A DNA stretch of 64,000 nucleotides from Leucoraja erinacea (Eukaryota), in contig NC_073394.1 in assembly GCF_028641065.1 (NCBI RefSeq), forward strand, positions 20,150,001 to 20,214,000, read 5' to 3'. The translations under genes and the position numbers were made by a program. The notes beneath the pieces are model-generated. The model did no database searches. It worked only from the letters and a program-made list of their open reading frames with translations, and was not told the origin of the DNA. Shown piece after piece: positions 61,101 to 64,000 of this stretch (positions are counted from its first letter, which is position 1; each line of letters opens with the position of its first letter).

Positions 61101-62950
61101 AGTTATGCACAACATGCAAAAGGTATGGTAAAAGGGCTGTATTGTAAAAGATTCATATTTTATGGAAATCAAGCATTTAACCCATTCTCCACATTGTCAA
61201 ACGTAAATGAGAAATCTGCTGAAAGAGCTTTAAAGTTAATGTCTGGGAGTTAACTTGAATATTTTTTAAGCATAAATTCATATCAGAAAATAATTAGTAC
61301 CATGTCTGCAAGTATTGTTTTATTTCCTTATGAACCCAATGAATGAATGGAAGCTCTCAATCCCATTCCTCCACTTATTTCCCTGTGACCTTTTTTTCCT
61401 GACATGTCCATCTCCTCCCTTCCCACATACACATGGGATAATTCTAATTTACCAACTCACTAGCATGTCTTTGGAGTGTGGGAGGAAACAGTGTATGGGG
61501 GGGGGGGGGGGGTTAGCTTACTTAGCTACAGGGGGGGTCCCGCAACCTCCACTACGAACGCATCAGCAGATAATCCAAGTTGTAGTCAGTTGAATAAAGT
61601 CAATAATTCAGATATTGTGAAACTCTTTTATTATAATGTGTAAGGATACACAGGCAGATAATTTAAAATGGCGAGTCACAAAGCTGATAATGTTCCCTTG
61701 CAGTTATGAAAATTACATTTCTGAACAATAAAGAACAGATAATAAAGAAAAGCTAACAACTTTTGAAACTTTACTCATTTTTCTAACTATTGTACACTGT
61801 ACACTGACACTGTAACTAGAATGTAACTGCCTTTGCTAACCTCAAATTGTCAATTGCAAAACTGGCAGGTATTTAAGCTGTAATTACAGCAGTTCGTCGG
61901 TAGAGGTCAGATTTTCTGAGTTCTCATTATGTTGGTTTGCTTAATACTTCATTTTTAAAACCTCTGTACCCTTATTTATGGCAAGGATCATAAGAGCAGA
62001 GCTCTATGATCTTTGTTTTATGGAAACACCCAAATAGGAATTTAAGCATTGTGATATTTTAGTGAATTATAAATTGGCTATGCGAGTTCAGGGTTGACAA
62101 ATGGAAGGCACTAATATAACCTCATGAAAAGAAAAAGAGACTGATTAACCTGCAGCAATATAATTTAACTGTGGTATGGTAACATAACTAAAATTAACCT
62201 AGCTGTGTTCTGTGAAAGATATGTCATGATTCACCAATATTACATTGAATAATAAAATGAGGGTACATTGTTATAGTTCTGAATATGTAGCAGATTCAGA
62301 ACTAATTAAGATTAGAATAAAAATACAATTTTCATGGGTAATGTCACTTGAAATGTTAGATTCATTGTTTTCTTTTTGGAAGCAGGACTATCTGATCTTA
62401 AAAATGAAACATTTAAAAAATGATCTGGTTTTCAAGTACAAAACTAACCCTTGCCATAAAGTTTGATATGTGAATTAGCAGGTGGAAAGCTACATTAAAC
62501 AATATTGATGATGTGATTGTCCCTGTATGAAAGACAAGATTATCTTAATGAAACTTTTATCATCTATTCCATTTTCAATTTAAAGAGGTTTTTTTCTTTC
62601 TTGTGGTCCTGCTGACACCTCAATATTACTTAATGCAGAAGATGTACAGCATAAAAATGTTGTAAATTATTATTTACTTCAGTGTATTGTCACGGATCTT
62701 TATTTAGCACCATTAGATCATGCAATGTCAGCCACTTAATTTAAGGTTATTTTAGTTTTCTTTGTAGAAGTTTGGATTTTAATTTTGTCCATTTCCCTAT
62801 GAAAACGTTGACAATTTGAGGTTAATTGATGCTAGATATGTTGGAATTTATTTAATTTACTACCTGTATTAACATTTCACCTGAAAATATCCTTGTATAA
62901 TTAATGAAGTGTGCACAATAATTCACTCGCCTTCCTTTTGTGGAATTGCG

Positions 62951-62981
<31 letters not shown>

Positions 62982-64000
62982 ATATGGTGCTGCTGTACAT
63001 GCTCCTGATGCAGGTTAGATCACCTGGTTCAAAATGTTTGTAATCTTTGATTGCAAACCAAGATATCATTATTCTAACCATAGGATACAAGCACCATCCT
63101 GGCAACTCCAACTTGCCATTTCTCCCTTGCACTCCAACTACATGCTTTTAGTAATCATTGACTACTTGATTCAGCAATCAATAACCAATAATTTTCTTAA
63201 AATATATGGATGCAATGTCTATATATGTGTAGATTCTGAGTAGAGCCATTGTAATTAATTTAAAGAGAAGGCTTATATGGGAATCTGAAAAGGACATTAG
63301 AATCAGTGTCATTGGAGCACCAAACAGGCCCTTTGGCCAAATACGTCCATGCCGACAAAGATGCCCCATCTAAACTAGTCTAATTTGCTCATGTTTTGCC
63401 CACATCCCTCTAAACGTTTCCTATCTATGTACATGTCCAAGAGTCTTAGAAATGCTGTTATAGTACCTGCCTCAACAATCTGCTCTGGCAGTTCATTCCA
63501 AATATCAATCTTATTGCCAAAATACATTTACATTATTATTATGTTCCAAATTCTTATCAATAAGTAATATAAAAACCTAATTCCCCTGGAATAGAGGAAA
63601 ATCCTTTTAAATAAGTCTCTGCTTTAGCATATATCACTATTATTCTTCCCATTCCAAAATAAAACTTCAAGAACATTCATTTGAAACTGATCATACTTTA
63701 AGAATGCACATATTTGCATCTGAAAAGTTCAATACATATTGTATTAAAAATACAGAAGATTAATAAATATATAATGTTTACAAAAACTTCTATTTCATCA
63801 TATTCCTGGATACATCCCTGGGTGGCTTTTTCATTCTTGGCCGTTATAAGAATTATAACAGTAGTCAACTAGTTTATTTTCAATCATTCAAGTATAGTTT
63901 CAACATTTACAGGTTGAATTATTGCTTCACTCAATTTTTGGGATTTAATTTTTCATATTTTGAAAATGGGGCATGGTAACAAACATCAATTTAAGGATAA

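Overview
Repeat-rich vertebrate genomic DNA, probably a cartilaginous fish (inferred from HE1/V-SINE-like, CR1, Rex1/Babar and Penelope repeats). Three protein-coding genes can be built from splice signals. (1) The last three exons of DENND2B/ST5 (+, ending 6260). (2) A complete 5-exon RPL27A (-, 17938-26958, 148 aa) convergent with it, hosting one SNORA3-family H/ACA snoRNA in intron 4. (3) A 10-exon, 965-aa immunoglobulin-superfamily gene (+, 31878-53227). Its signal peptide-IgV-IgC1-TM half resembles B7-H6/NCR3LG1, but it continues in frame after the transmembrane exon into six tandem C1-type Ig domains with no second TM, so these are predicted to be cytoplasmic. All its introns are phase 1, so skipping the TM exon would give a secreted V-(C1)7 protein, and its promoter has an IRF-E/ISRE. 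This gene is the main candidate novelty. The rest is transposon-derived, including young Penelope insertions with hammerhead-ribozyme-like cores, nested MITEs and CR1 copies. Family assignments rest on recalled motifs, not database searches.
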